Virus record (IMG/VR): IMGVR_UViG_3300030012_002528
Location: 1-64,000 of that record
DNA: 64,000 nt
From: a virus
Direction: 5' to 3' (one strand)
Positions 30,562-39,969 of this stretch are shown piece by piece. Numbering within the stretch: the stretch's first letter is position 1; every line of letters starts with the position of its first letter. The notes under the pieces were generated by a model that was not told where the DNA came from, did not search any database, and saw only the letters and a list, made by a program, of their open reading frames with translations. Made by a program: the position numbers and the translations under genes.

Positions 30562-31543
30562 TAGACTCGATGATGCTCTAGCCAAGCTAAACAAAAACTT
30601 CGGCTCAGGTTCGGTATTTCATTTAGGAGAAAATGAAGCATTTGAAAAACTAGAAAGAATACCAACAGGCTCGCTTGGTCTTGATGTTATTACAGGAGGA
30701 GGCTATCCCCTTGGACGAATCATTGAGCTATTTGGGTGGGAGTCTTCAGGAAAGAGTACACTGTGCATACACGCGATAGCACAAGCTCAATCAATGGGAC
30801 AGAAGTGTGCATTTGTTGATATGGAACATGCATTCGATAAAAACTATGCAGAATCATTAGGAGTAGACACCGAAGACCTTATATTTTGTCAACCAGGTAG
30901 TGGAGAAGAAGCTATAGAAATAACTAAAACACTCGCTGACACAGGAGAAGTGGGGTTAGTTGTAGTAGATTCAGTAGCCACTATGGTTCCTTCTGTTGAA
31001 GCAGAGGGAGAAGCTGGCGAAAGCAAGATGGGCGTACACGCAAGACTTATGTCGCAAGCTATGCGTGTTCTATCCCCTATTGCAAGTAAAAATAACTGTA
31101 CACTAATTTTCGTAAATCAGCTCCGACACAAGATAGGAGTTATGTATGGTTCCCCAGATGTTACCACTGGTGGAAATGCACTTAAATTTTATTCATCAAT
31201 ACGTATTAAACTTACTTCTAGCAAGTCTGCTGGTAATAAAGAGAAGGTTGACGGTGTTGATAGACAAGTATCTAACTTAGTTACCGCAACAACGGAGAAA
31301 AACAAAACACATCCTCCGCTACAAAAGCATTCTTTTCAGCTAAGATTCGGTATAGGTATAGATGCAAAAGAAGAAATAGTAGACATGGCTATAGGTCTGG
31401 GTCTCATAGACAAAAAAGGCGCATGGTATAGTTATGAAGGAACACAACTTGGTCAAGGAAAAAAAGCAGTGTTTGCTTTACTCGAAGAAAACCCTGACCT
31501 TGAAGATACTTTGAAAGAGCAAATAATTAAACATTACAATTAA
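30554..31543 (+). CDS. recA: recombinase RecA
   Basis: GWESSGKST Walker A, VDMEHA, VVDSVA, ARLMSQAMR, GGNALKFY. Confidence 0.97.
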   Translation: MSSRLDDALAKLNKNFGSGSVFHLGENEAFEKLERIPTGSLGLDVITGGGYPLGRIIELFGWESSGKSTLCIHAIAQAQSMGQKCAFVDMEHAFDKNYAESLGVDTEDLIFCQPGSGEEAIEITKTLADTGEVGLVVVDSVATMVPSVEAEGEAGESKMGVHARLMSQAMRVLSPIASKNNCTLIFVNQLRHKIGVMYGSPDVTTGGNALKFYSSIRIKLTSSKSAGNKEKVDGVDRQVSNLVTATTEKNKTHPPLQKHSFQLRFGIGIDAKEEIVDMAIGLGLIDKKGAWYSYEGTQLGQGKKAVFALLEENPDLEDTLKEQIIKHYN

Positions 31544-32217
31544 TGAGAGAGGACTTAAGTACTAGAAGGACAAAAACCAACCCGTCTTTTAAGTACGAAT
31601 TAAGTGAGGAACAAAAGCTAGCAAAAGAACAAATTCTTGACTCTAAGATTGCTATTATCACTGGGAAGGCAGGTACGTCTAAGACATTCCTAGCATCACA
31701 GATAGCTTTGGATTTATTTCTAAAAGGTGGAGTAGAAAGAATGTTTATAGCTAGGCCTCAAGTCTCTACAGAAGACATGGGTTACCTTCCAGGTAACAAA
31801 GACGAGAAGATGCGCCAGTGGTGTGCTCCTGTTATAGAAAATATGGAGATACTGAGAGAGAACGGTAAGAAGGAGGTAGAAAAGTGGCTAAAAGATGGGC
31901 AACTAGAACTACTTCCCCTACAGTTTGCTAGAGGTAGAACCATAACTAATAGTATAATGATTGTAGATGAAGCACAGAACCTAACTAAACTTCAGACATA
32001 TCTATTTTGTACAAGACTTGGTAAAGGTTCTTTGATGATATTTACAGGAGACCTTAAACAGAATGACTTAAAACAACCTAGTAGAAGTGGCTTTGCTCAA
32101 CTGATTGAAACTTCGAACAAACTAGACGAGATGGTTCATGTGGAACTACAACAAAATTATAGAGACCCTATTGTTGCTAAATTTATGGAACAGTATGAAA
32201 AAGTTTGCGGCTGGTAA
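31543..32217 (+). CDS. phoH: PhoH-family ATPase
   Basis: GKAGTSKT, GYLPG, RGRT, DEAQN, TRLG, GD..Q.D. Confidence 0.92.
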   Translation: MREDLSTRRTKTNPSFKYELSEEQKLAKEQILDSKIAIITGKAGTSKTFLASQIALDLFLKGGVERMFIARPQVSTEDMGYLPGNKDEKMRQWCAPVIENMEILRENGKKEVEKWLKDGQLELLPLQFARGRTITNSIMIVDEAQNLTKLQTYLFCTRLGKGSLMIFTGDLKQNDLKQPSRSGFAQLIETSNKLDEMVHVELQQNYRDPIVAKFMEQYEKVCGW

Positions 32218-32693
32218 TGTGGATTTACGATGATAAAAAGATAGACTCTATAGAAAGAGTTCCCAAAGAAGCTATTGGATTTGTTTATTGTATAACTAAC
32301 TTATCCAAGAACAGGATGTATATAGGCAAGAAAAGTTTATACCATTGGAAACGAGTTGGAATAAAACGTTTTCAAGAATTTAAACTCAATGGTATAGAAG
32401 TTAAAAGACATAAAAATAAAAAAAAGTCTAAAAAAGGCTTGCCTGTTTGGGTTTATAAGGCTAAATTAGAGTCCGATTGGTTATTGTATACAGGTTCTAA
32501 CGAACAACTAAACAAAGATATAGCTAATGGAGACCAATTTGAAAAACACATATGGGAGTTTTCTAACTGTGAAAAGAAACTTTCTTTTTTAGAAACGGAA
32601 GCTCAATTTAAGATGGACGTTATTAGGGACAACGGTAAGTATTATAACGGAAACATCTTAGGGAAATATTTCCCAAATGACCTAAATTGTTAA
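32217..32693 (+). CDS. GIY-YIG-like nuclease
   Basis: GFVYCITN...MYIGKK, W..YTGS, YYNGNI. Confidence 0.7.
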   Translation: MWIYDDKKIDSIERVPKEAIGFVYCITNLSKNRMYIGKKSLYHWKRVGIKRFQEFKLNGIEVKRHKNKKKSKKGLPVWVYKAKLESDWLLYTGSNEQLNKDIANGDQFEKHIWEFSNCEKKLSFLETEAQFKMDVIRDNGKYYNGNILGKYFPNDLNC

Positions 32694-32694
32694 G

Positions 32695-33684
32695 ATGGCT
32701 ATAAAGGATATTATACGTAAAAATATCGCTGAAATACTAGAGATATATGCTAAACATGGTAATTTTACATACACAGCAGAGGAGTTTTGTAAAAAGCATA
32801 AGTACAAATACTCTGATTCTTGGAGAAGAGCTGTAAGTAGATACATAAACTCTTTACCTGAAATTGAAGCTGACGAAGCATTAAAAGAAGAAGCACAAAG
32901 TATTAGTCCTGCAAGAGTGCTAATATTTGATATAGAGACAGCCCCTCTAATGGCTAACATATGGAGCCTATGGAATCAAAATGTAGGGTATAATTTATCT
33001 ATGCTAGAGTCAGACTGGTTTATCATTACGTGGTCTGCTAAGTGGCTCTTTGAAGAAAAAATATACACAGGAAAACTTACCCCAAAAGAAGCTAAAGAGC
33101 AAAACGATTCTAGAATAGTAAGAAACTTTTGGGAACTATTAAACGAAGCAGACATAGTTATTGCACACAACGGAGATAAATTTGATATCAAAAGAGTTAA
33201 CACTCGCTTCCTGAAGCTAGGACTACACCCCCCAGCACCGTACCAGACTATTGACACTCTTAAACATGTCAGGAAGAAGTTTAACATCTCTTCGAACAAA
33301 CTAGATTATGTAGCACAGTTCCTTGAATTAGGGGAGAAGATGAAAACTGGTGGCTTTGAGTTATGGAAAGGTTGTATGGAAGGACAACAAGAGTCACTAG
33401 ATAAGATGGAGGAGTATAACATCAAAGATGTAACCCTTCTAGAGGAAGTATATTTAAGAATACGTTCTTGGATTACCCCCCACCCAAATATGGGACTACA
33501 TATAGGGGAGAATGTTACTTGTTGTGCAACGTGTGGAAGCTCAGACCTATCTGTTGTAGGCACCTATAAGACTTATATGTCTGAGTATGATGCACTTAGA
33601 TGTAATTCTTGCGGAAGTGTTAACAGGTCAAGAGCCAGTTCACTTACAACAGAAGCTCGTAAACTCCTAACTAAATCAATATAA
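32695..33684 (+). CDS. RNase H-fold 3'-5' exonuclease with C-terminal Zn ribbon
   Basis: FDIET, AHNGDKFD, IDTL, YNIKDV; CxxC...CxxC. Confidence 0.8.
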   Translation: MAIKDIIRKNIAEILEIYAKHGNFTYTAEEFCKKHKYKYSDSWRRAVSRYINSLPEIEADEALKEEAQSISPARVLIFDIETAPLMANIWSLWNQNVGYNLSMLESDWFIITWSAKWLFEEKIYTGKLTPKEAKEQNDSRIVRNFWELLNEADIVIAHNGDKFDIKRVNTRFLKLGLHPPAPYQTIDTLKHVRKKFNISSNKLDYVAQFLELGEKMKTGGFELWKGCMEGQQESLDKMEEYNIKDVTLLEEVYLRIRSWITPHPNMGLHIGENVTCCATCGSSDLSVVGTYKTYMSEYDALRCNSCGSVNRSRASSLTTEARKLLTKSI

Positions 33685-34043
33685 TGAGTAAGCCAATATT
33701 TTTAGAAGTACAAGCCTACTACCACACTAAAGAAACTTCTTTAAAAGAAGATGCGTGTATGGAATGTCTGAAAGAAGCTAACGAAAAAGCAGAAGTTCTA
33801 GGACTTCCTGCAGAAAGCTTAGAAGAAGAGTGTGATAGTATATGTGGAGAAACCATAGATGAAGATACTACTGGTTTAGAAACTGAATCTATGATTATTA
33901 AACTACAAGATATAAAGAGTATATCTAAGTCTAAGAAGGGTAATGCCATTATACAGACTCAGGGGTCTTTTTTGCCAAGAATGTACGCAACGAAGTACAA
34001 GGATTTAATGGAAAAAATAAAAGACTTAATTATCATTATATGA
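33684..34043 (+). CDS. hypothetical protein
   Basis: Translationally coupled ORF. Confidence 0.6.
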   Translation: MSKPIFLEVQAYYHTKETSLKEDACMECLKEANEKAEVLGLPAESLEEECDSICGETIDEDTTGLETESMIIKLQDIKSISKSKKGNAIIQTQGSFLPRMYATKYKDLMEKIKDLIIII

Positions 34044-34252
34044 CCTTAGAGGGAAAACATATAAAGATATTATCAGACATATCTCGTGCGTGGTATGAGT
34101 ACTCTCAAAAAGGTTTGACTGGGGAGGAAATAGAAGAAGTCTTATTTGAATCCCTTCAAGTGTACAAAGAAATAGACGATTTTGATATTCAACTAATTAT
34201 TGATGAGGTAAAGCTTAGAATAAAGCACGATATTGATAAAAACCTCAACTAA
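34040..34252 (+). CDS. hypothetical protein
   Basis: Translationally coupled ORF. Confidence 0.55.
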   Translation: MTLEGKHIKILSDISRAWYEYSQKGLTGEEIEEVLFESLQVYKEIDDFDIQLIIDEVKLRIKHDIDKNLN

Positions 34253-34354
34253 CGTAATAAATTTGGATAATTAAAATATTATTATTATCTTGTAGCTTAG
34301 TTTTCTATTAAAATTAGGCTATAATATTTTCTATGTGTTTAACAACAAGGTCAA

Positions 34355-34612
34355 ATGGCTAGAAGAGGAAAGTATAAACCTATAAAAGAAGAAAACTTTT
34401 GGGAGGCAAGGGGTAGATACGAAGACATGAAACAATCGGGGGAACTGTACAAAATGGACCCTAAAATGGTTGGATTATGGGCGTATGACATGCCTAAATT
34501 TTTAGAGTTAGATGCAACTCTAGAAAAATGGGAGGAAGAAAAAACAGAGGAACCTATAGATTCCAAAGAGAATAAAGGAGTTGTTTGGTATAATAACAAT
34601 GATTTAAAATGA
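34355..34612 (+). CDS. hypothetical protein
   Basis: ORF downstream of a TTTGGATA...TATCTTGT promoter at about 34262-34293. Confidence 0.55.
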   Translation: MARRGKYKPIKEENFWEARGRYEDMKQSGELYKMDPKMVGLWAYDMPKFLELDATLEKWEEEKTEEPIDSKENKGVVWYNNNDLK

Positions 34613-34769
34613 AAAGAAGAATTTGTTTATTTGTGAAATGGATTACATCAGGTAAAGTTTGCCTTGGATGGTGCACACTTAAAAAAGACTAGATAAAAGT
34701 GTCAATAGAAACTGCTATAGTGATGCTAATATTATTATCGTATATAATTATTGACAAAATAAGACAAAA

Positions 34770-35012
34770 ATGAGAAAGTTTTTTAAAGCAATGTTTTCAG
34801 AAGGAGGAGAAGTATCCTCTAAGAGAGTAGTAACAGCGATGTGCCTGCTTTTTATGCTAATTGCTTTTACATCAAACTTGTTTTGTGATTACACTGTAGA
34901 ACAACACATGTTTGAGTCCTTACAATGGATAGTTATGGCAGGACTAGGGTTCACAGCCTCAGAAAAATTTTCCGAAATAATAAGTAAAAGAAAAAACCAA
35001 AACCATGAGTAA
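34770..35012 (+). CDS. small two-TM membrane protein (holin-like)
   Basis: SSKRV followed by two hydrophobic helices and a basic tail. Confidence 0.55.
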   Translation: MRKFFKAMFSEGGEVSSKRVVTAMCLLFMLIAFTSNLFCDYTVEQHMFESLQWIVMAGLGFTASEKFSEIISKRKNQNHE

Positions 35013-35727
35013 AAAAGTTTACACTATTGTAGGTAACCGATACGGGGGAGAAATAACAATAGGGAAAGTTTCTCAAGAATTTTGTGATTATTGGAAATAT
35101 AAGGACCCAGAGGAGATTGAGTCTTACATCCTTGAAGGGTGGGAAGACAATGAAGATGAGTCTATTCCAAACATGATTAATGGCGAGGACAAATATTGGC
35201 ACGACCTAGACGATATCTTACATTTTTATGGAAGCCACGCTGAAGGGAGCTTAACTTTGATAGACACAGACACCGAAGAAGAAAGAAAGGTAGAACATCA
35301 ATTCTTATGGGGCCGAGAAGGCGGTTTCTTTGATACTGAGGAGCCTGATTGGGATAATTTGTATGCAGAGCTCACTGAAGAGGATTACGTGCCTGTAATC
35401 GCTTGTATGAGCCAAGAGAAGGGATGGATAAATACTTGGACTCTAGAGCTTGAAGAAGGAGAAGAGTTTGATGATAAGAAACTTTCTGCTGGAATACTTG
35501 AAACTAACTTTGGAGAGTTTGTAGAAAAGCTCTACTATGATGGTAAAGAATTAGAAGACGATGGTGGGGGGAGTACTAATGGGAAAGGATTCATTGTAAA
35601 CCTTGGATGGTTTAACACAAAATGGACAGATAGTCTTGAACAATATGCCCCAGGTAGTGAGGGGCTTAAAGAAGCATTACAAGAATTAACGGAACAGCTA
35701 AAATGGGAAGCTGAAAATAACATTTAA
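35005..35727 (+). CDS. acidic hypothetical protein
   Basis: 240 aa ORF. Confidence 0.65.
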   Translation: MSKKVYTIVGNRYGGEITIGKVSQEFCDYWKYKDPEEIESYILEGWEDNEDESIPNMINGEDKYWHDLDDILHFYGSHAEGSLTLIDTDTEEERKVEHQFLWGREGGFFDTEEPDWDNLYAELTEEDYVPVIACMSQEKGWINTWTLELEEGEEFDDKKLSAGILETNFGEFVEKLYYDGKELEDDGGGSTNGKGFIVNLGWFNTKWTDSLEQYAPGSEGLKEALQELTEQLKWEAENNI

Positions 35728-35738
35728 AAATAAATAAA

Positions 35739-36443
35739 ATGCCTAGTTACGATATATCTATTAAACAAGAAAACCTAGTTAAACATGGTTGCGAAGTGCC
35801 TGCAGGGTACGTAAGATTAAGCTCAGTGATAGCAAGATTACCTGCATTTAAAAATGAGGAAGATGCAAGAGCAGCAGGCCTAAAAAACTGTGATATGTAT
35901 TCAATGAGCACTGTTAACTCTATTGCTATTTTGGGTACAGGGGGCACAGGTGGTACAGGAACAGGAAATAGAGACTTTACAAATGCTCTTGACATTGCTA
36001 TTCCTCAAGAGGAAGTTGTAAAGTATGGTTGCCAAGTACCAAATGGTTATGTAAGGTTCACATCTGTTTACGGAAGTTTGCCTGTATACGCTACTGAAGC
36101 AGATGCCGTAGGGGACGGACTTAAAAAATGCGACCCTTATCTTGGAGCAGCTAGTGGAGACTTACGGTTAGTAGTTAGTGACCTTGCCCCCACTAATAAT
36201 GGTGCGGTGGAAAAGAAGGTACCTTACTTTGATATTGCAATTAAAAAAGAGCAAATTCTATACAGAAACTGCAATCTTCCAAAAGGATACATAAAACTTA
36301 GCCAAGTATTGGCTTCATTCCCTGTTTACTCAAAAGAAAAAGCAAAAACTGTTTTACCTGAGTGTGGAGGATACCTTCGTGTAAATACAGCAGGTAAAAT
36401 TACTGATGCAAATGTTTCTTTCAATAGACAAATTGTACCTTAA
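35739..36443 (+). CDS. protein of three tandem copies of the 14221..15057 N-terminal domain
   Basis: DI.I..E.....C..P.GY....S.....P three times. Confidence 0.7.
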   Translation: MPSYDISIKQENLVKHGCEVPAGYVRLSSVIARLPAFKNEEDARAAGLKNCDMYSMSTVNSIAILGTGGTGGTGTGNRDFTNALDIAIPQEEVVKYGCQVPNGYVRFTSVYGSLPVYATEADAVGDGLKKCDPYLGAASGDLRLVVSDLAPTNNGAVEKKVPYFDIAIKKEQILYRNCNLPKGYIKLSQVLASFPVYSKEKAKTVLPECGGYLRVNTAGKITDANVSFNRQIVP

Positions 36444-36445
36444 TC

Positions 36446-36748
36446 GTGCCGAGAAAAAAGAAAGACCCTAAAGTAGGGACTGGCAAGAAGCCTAAAGGTT
36501 CTGGTAGAAGGCTTTATACGGATGAGAATCCAAAAGATACTGTTCGTATAAAGTTTGCTACGCAGAAGGATGCTAGAGACACTGTAAAGAAAGTCAAAGG
36601 CAGTGGCAAGTCTTTTTCCAGAAAAATACAAATCTTAACTGTTGGCGAACAACGTGCTAAAGTCATGGGAAAAGATAAGGTGGTGGAAATTTTTAAGAAA
36701 GGCAAGAACAGTGTAAGAAGAAAGCACGGTAAACCAACTAAAAAATGA
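36446..36748 (+). CDS. small basic protein (LYTDENPKDT family)
   Basis: K-rich 100 aa. Confidence 0.65.
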   Translation: MPRKKKDPKVGTGKKPKGSGRRLYTDENPKDTVRIKFATQKDARDTVKKVKGSGKSFSRKIQILTVGEQRAKVMGKDKVVEIFKKGKNSVRRKHGKPTKK

Positions 36749-36903
36749 AAGACTGGAGTGTAGACATATCTCTTCATTGGCCACACAACAGATGTGCTTT
36801 GGGGTGGCAATACTTGGGGCCTACAGAAGAGGTATGTTGGCATACAACAGAGATATTTTTATTTATAATCACAATAACAATTAACTTAGAACAAAAAAAT
36901 TAG
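36745..36903 (+). CDS. small hypothetical protein (52 aa)
   Basis: Manual translation MKDWSVDISLHWPHNRCALGWQY...; ATGA overlap with upstream gene. Confidence 0.5.
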   Translation: MKDWSVDISLHWPHNRCALGWQYLGPTEEVCWHTTEIFLFIITITINLEQKN

Positions 36904-36908
36904 AAATT

Positions 36909-37076
36909 ATGGCGGATAAGAAAAGAGTTCCAGCACCCAAGGGGTTTCACTGGATGAAAGGTACAGGAGGCAAGTTAAAACTTATGAAAGACCCTTCGAC
37001 TGGATATAAAAAGCATCCTGGTTCTTCCAAATATGCTGAGTTTGGTATCCAAAAAGTCCACAGGAAAAAGAAGTAG
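36909..37076 (+). CDS. small basic protein (55 aa)
   Basis: Manual translation MADKKRVPAPKGFHWMK...KVHRKKK. Confidence 0.6.
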   Translation: MADKKRVPAPKGFHWMKGTGGKLKLMKDPSTGYKKHPGSSKYAEFGIQKVHRKKK

Positions 37077-37169
37077 TGGACCACATACCTAATACAAACA
37101 ATACCCTGGAACTGGATAGACTAATCTACACTGTTACGATTACCTACCATCCAGGGCTAATATATACAC

Positions 37170-37487
37170 ATGGCTACGAACAGTAAGAAATACAACAAGA
37201 AGAACTACAAAAAGTACTGGGGAACTAAGAAGGCCGTTTCTGAACGCTCGGAACGCAACAAGGCCAGACGTATTCTTACAAAGGAAGGCCGTATCAAGAA
37301 AGGAGATGGCAAAGAAGTAGACCATAAGAAGCCCATATCAAAAGGAGGGACTAACTCTAAGAAGAATTTATCAGTCACTACACGCAAAGCTAACAGACGA
37401 AGAGGTGCTGCTATTGCCAACGCAAATAAAAAGAAGAAGACTGGTACTACTAAGAGAAAATCCTCTACTAAAAAGACTAAAAAATAA
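37170..37487 (+). CDS. basic HNH-like protein
   Basis: VDHKKPISKGGTN...NL.......NR. Confidence 0.65.
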   Translation: MATNSKKYNKKNYKKYWGTKKAVSERSERNKARRILTKEGRIKKGDGKEVDHKKPISKGGTNSKKNLSVTTRKANRRRGAAIANANKKKKTGTTKRKSSTKKTKK

Positions 37488-37517
37488 CCGTTAATAGTCC
37501 CATCGTTATTTAGGTTG

Positions 37518-37547
37518 CACCCTCCCCCGTGGAGGGTGTTTTTTTTT
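37518..37547 (+). terminator. intrinsic terminator
   Basis: CACCCTCC-CCGT-GGAGGGTG hairpin plus T-run. Confidence 0.85.
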
Positions 37548-37657
37548 ATGCCCCCTCCCAAAAAATTCACGTTGATGTCGTGTGGAAGTAATATATATTA
37601 CAATACCCCGCTAAAATTTTTTGCAAGGTACCCCCCTGTTGATTTTGCAAGTGTTCG

Positions 37658-37784
37658 CGTGTAGGTTTTTGTGTGGGGGTGGGGGGTGTGTGGAGAGGTA
37701 GGTTTGTGGTGTGTGGTGGTGTGGGGGTGGTGGGGGTGTAGGTATGTTGTTGTTGGTAGTGTTGTTTCTTTGTTTGTGTGGTGG
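37658..37784 (+). repeat. G/T-only low-complexity tract (G-quadruplex potential)
   Basis: About 125 nt almost free of C and A, with four runs of 5-6 G. Confidence 0.8.
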
Positions 37785-37854
37785 CTCGCTGGCGTGCGCT
37801 CGTCTTTTCTTATATATATAAGTTATATTTATTATAATAATAATGTCCTTTTAA

Positions 37855-37886
37855 TTTGGATAATAGAAATATAATTCGTATATTCA
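37855..37886 (+). promoter_or_regulatory. first early promoter
   Basis: TTTG-N20-TATATTCA. Confidence 0.55.
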
Positions 37887-37985
37887 TACTATCGGAGGGG
37901 ATGTATCCTTTGATATTGTTCTTTGAAATCTTGGTAAGTCCTACAGATTGTAGGCAGTATTTTTTTACCTACTAAATTTTGAACA

Positions 37986-38318
37986 ATGAAATTACGATAT
38001 CAACTTGCGATGTTATTCGCTACATTATTCCAATTACTTGCTATGACATTCTTAGTCTTGTTTTATGACCTTGTCTTTCATACCTGTAATGACATATCGC
38101 CAACCTTCGCGCTTGGCTCTTTATATTGTCAGATAGTTGCATTGGCTCTGTACTTTGTTGCTGATTACTTACTCTCTAAGAAAGGCGACTCTCAGCAAAG
38201 CGCACCAAAGCCTAAGCGACATTATAAAGAGTGGTCAGAACGTAGATTCAATATCTTGTTTGCGCTCTGTATCTTTGCTTTGTATGTTTGCTTTATGGTT
38301 TTTATTTGTAGCCATTAA
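37986..38318 (+). CDS. three-TM membrane protein
   Basis: Three hydrophobic segments. Confidence 0.6.
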   Translation: MKLRYQLAMLFATLFQLLAMTFLVLFYDLVFHTCNDISPTFALGSLYCQIVALALYFVADYLLSKKGDSQQSAPKPKRHYKEWSERRFNILFALCIFALYVCFMVFICSH

Positions 38319-38325
38319 TTGTTAA

Positions 38326-38341
38326 GCCCCCGAAAGGGGGC
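38326..38341 (+). terminator. GNRA hairpin
   Basis: GCCCCC-GAAA-GGGGGC. Confidence 0.6.
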
Positions 38342-38367
38342 GTTTGTTTACCCTTTAATTTTTAAAT

Positions 38368-38610
38368 ATGTCAGTAATTAACATTTATAAAAACGAAGCG
38401 TTACAATATCGTGATGCCTTAAGTAACGCCATTGATACGCTTGAATCGGAATTAAAAAAGTTAACCGATAGAGCACCTACAGTAATTGAAACCATCAGTG
38501 ATGGAGACCTTTACTTAATCGAGAGTTACGCTGAGAGCATTCGATTGCTTGAAAAGATGATGAAGCAGATAGAGGATAATGTTTCCACGCCTGCTGAACC
38601 TATTATTTAA
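38368..38610 (+). CDS. hypothetical coiled-coil protein
   Basis: 80 aa ORF followed by a terminator. Confidence 0.6.
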   Translation: MSVINIYKNEALQYRDALSNAIDTLESELKKLTDRAPTVIETISDGDLYLIESYAESIRLLEKMMKQIEDNVSTPAEPII

Positions 38611-38616
38611 CGCACT

Positions 38617-38703
38617 AAGCCTCGCCTTCTGGGTGGGGCTTTTTTTTTGCCTCATCACGGGCAAGCCGTGATAAAGAATTGAGGCGAGCGAGCGAGAAAA
38701 AAA
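38617..38703 (+). repeat. cassette boundary element 1 (terminator, hairpin, GTGATAAAGA, A-run)
   Basis: Core at 38668-38677; ATCACGG/CCGTGAT hairpin. Confidence 0.8.
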
Positions 38704-38761
38704 TGACATAAAAAATTAGGATATGTAAGAAAAATTTTGTATACGTGTGCGTGAGCATTTC

Positions 38762-38880
38762 TTAACAAATTTTAACGAAATTTATTTGCATAGTTTAAAA
38801 TGCCGTCAGAAGCCCATAGAGACGTTTTAAGAGCATTTGGTGTGGTTTTGGATCCATCACACACGAGACTCTGAGTTTTG
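38762..38880 (+). repeat. long direct repeat, copy A
   Basis: Ungapped match to 43695-43813. Confidence 0.8.
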
Positions 38881-39093
38881 CCCTTAGATGCAATTGTTAA
38901 TAACTTTTTCAATTAAATTTGGATAGGTCAATTATTTTTCGTATACGCGCATACGTGTGCATTAGTGTAATGGGTGTTAAAATGCGTTAACATTCCTTAA
39001 CACTTTTTTTATACATAGGATTTGTTTTATCCAAATTGTTTTACTATATTCGTAGAAGAGATGGAGGGGTGGCTTTAACTTAAAAACTGTAAT

Positions 39094-39480
39094 ATGACAG
39101 CGAACGAACGAATACTGACTTGTATCAGTAAAGACTTTCCCGAAGCAATAGTGCAAAGGGCAAAGGAATTGGGTACGACTCTTGTTGACTTTAAAATGGG
39201 GGTTTTTGATGCGGAAACTAATTGCTTGATGGCAACCTTTGACAAGGTCGATGTGGACGATGATTCGATAGTGGTGCAAACGGCTATGACCTTGCAACTG
39301 ATGGAGCACGTAGGCTTTAGAATACAAACGGCTGAGGAGTCGAACTTGACTCTAAAACATCCAACCTTAGTTTTCTTCTTATGCTTTCCACCACAAAAGT
39401 TGATAGACCATGTGCGTGTAGAACTTGACCTTGATGACATACTCAGCAAGGCAATGGATGGAGACGATGACGATGAGTAA
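39094..39480 (+). CDS. hypothetical protein
   Basis: 128 aa with its own promoter at 39021-39052. Confidence 0.65.
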   Translation: MTANERILTCISKDFPEAIVQRAKELGTTLVDFKMGVFDAETNCLMATFDKVDVDDDSIVVQTAMTLQLMEHVGFRIQTAEESNLTLKHPTLVFFLCFPPQKLIDHVRVELDLDDILSKAMDGDDDDE

Positions 39481-39547
39481 AATTGATGGGGTATGGGGCT
39501 ACCTTAACGGTAGCCCCTTTTATAAAAAAATTAAAAATAAAAAACAG

Positions 39548-39691
39548 ATGAAAAAGTTAGTGTATATTGTTATTGGGTTTATTATTGTAGGCATGGTTTC
39601 TACATCATGTAGTAGAATTAACAGTTGTAAAGGACATCCTGGAATAACGCAGGATTTCGAGAACACCCAACCTAAAGGAGAACATTCTTAA
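39548..39691 (+). CDS. small lipoprotein (47 aa)
   Basis: MKK, hydrophobic stretch, then VSTSC lipobox-like signal. Confidence 0.55.
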   Translation: MKKLVYIVIGFIIVGMVSTSCSRINSCKGHPGITQDFENTQPKGEHS

Positions 39692-39712
39692 AATACGGTT
39701 TTTTTGTTCAAT

Positions 39713-39796
39713 GCCTCACCATATGGTGGGGCTTTTTTTTTGCCTAATCACGGCTTTGCCGTGATAAAGAATGCGCCCGAAAAACACGAAAAAAAA
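39713..39796 (+). repeat. cassette boundary element 2
   Basis: Terminator, ATCACGGC-TTT-GCCGTGAT hairpin, core at 39761-39770. Confidence 0.8.
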
Positions 39797-39969
39797 GTTA
39801 TCAACATTGTGTGGATAACTTTATTTGTTTATGTAAATTATTTTTTGTATTCGCGTATACGCATATTTAGATGTTAATTTTTTTTAACATTCGTTAACAC
39901 GTTTTTTGTTGCTTTTAATTTGGATAAAAGGAATTTATTACTATCTTTGTTGAAGTAAAACGAAACATT

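Noticed and set aside
20240-31543. Introns or inteins in MCP, portal, terminase or RecA
   Set aside because: Reading frames are continuous, of ordinary length, and show no evident splicing motifs
37671-37874. 67-aa W/G/V-rich ORF
   Set aside because: Translation of the G/T low-complexity tract
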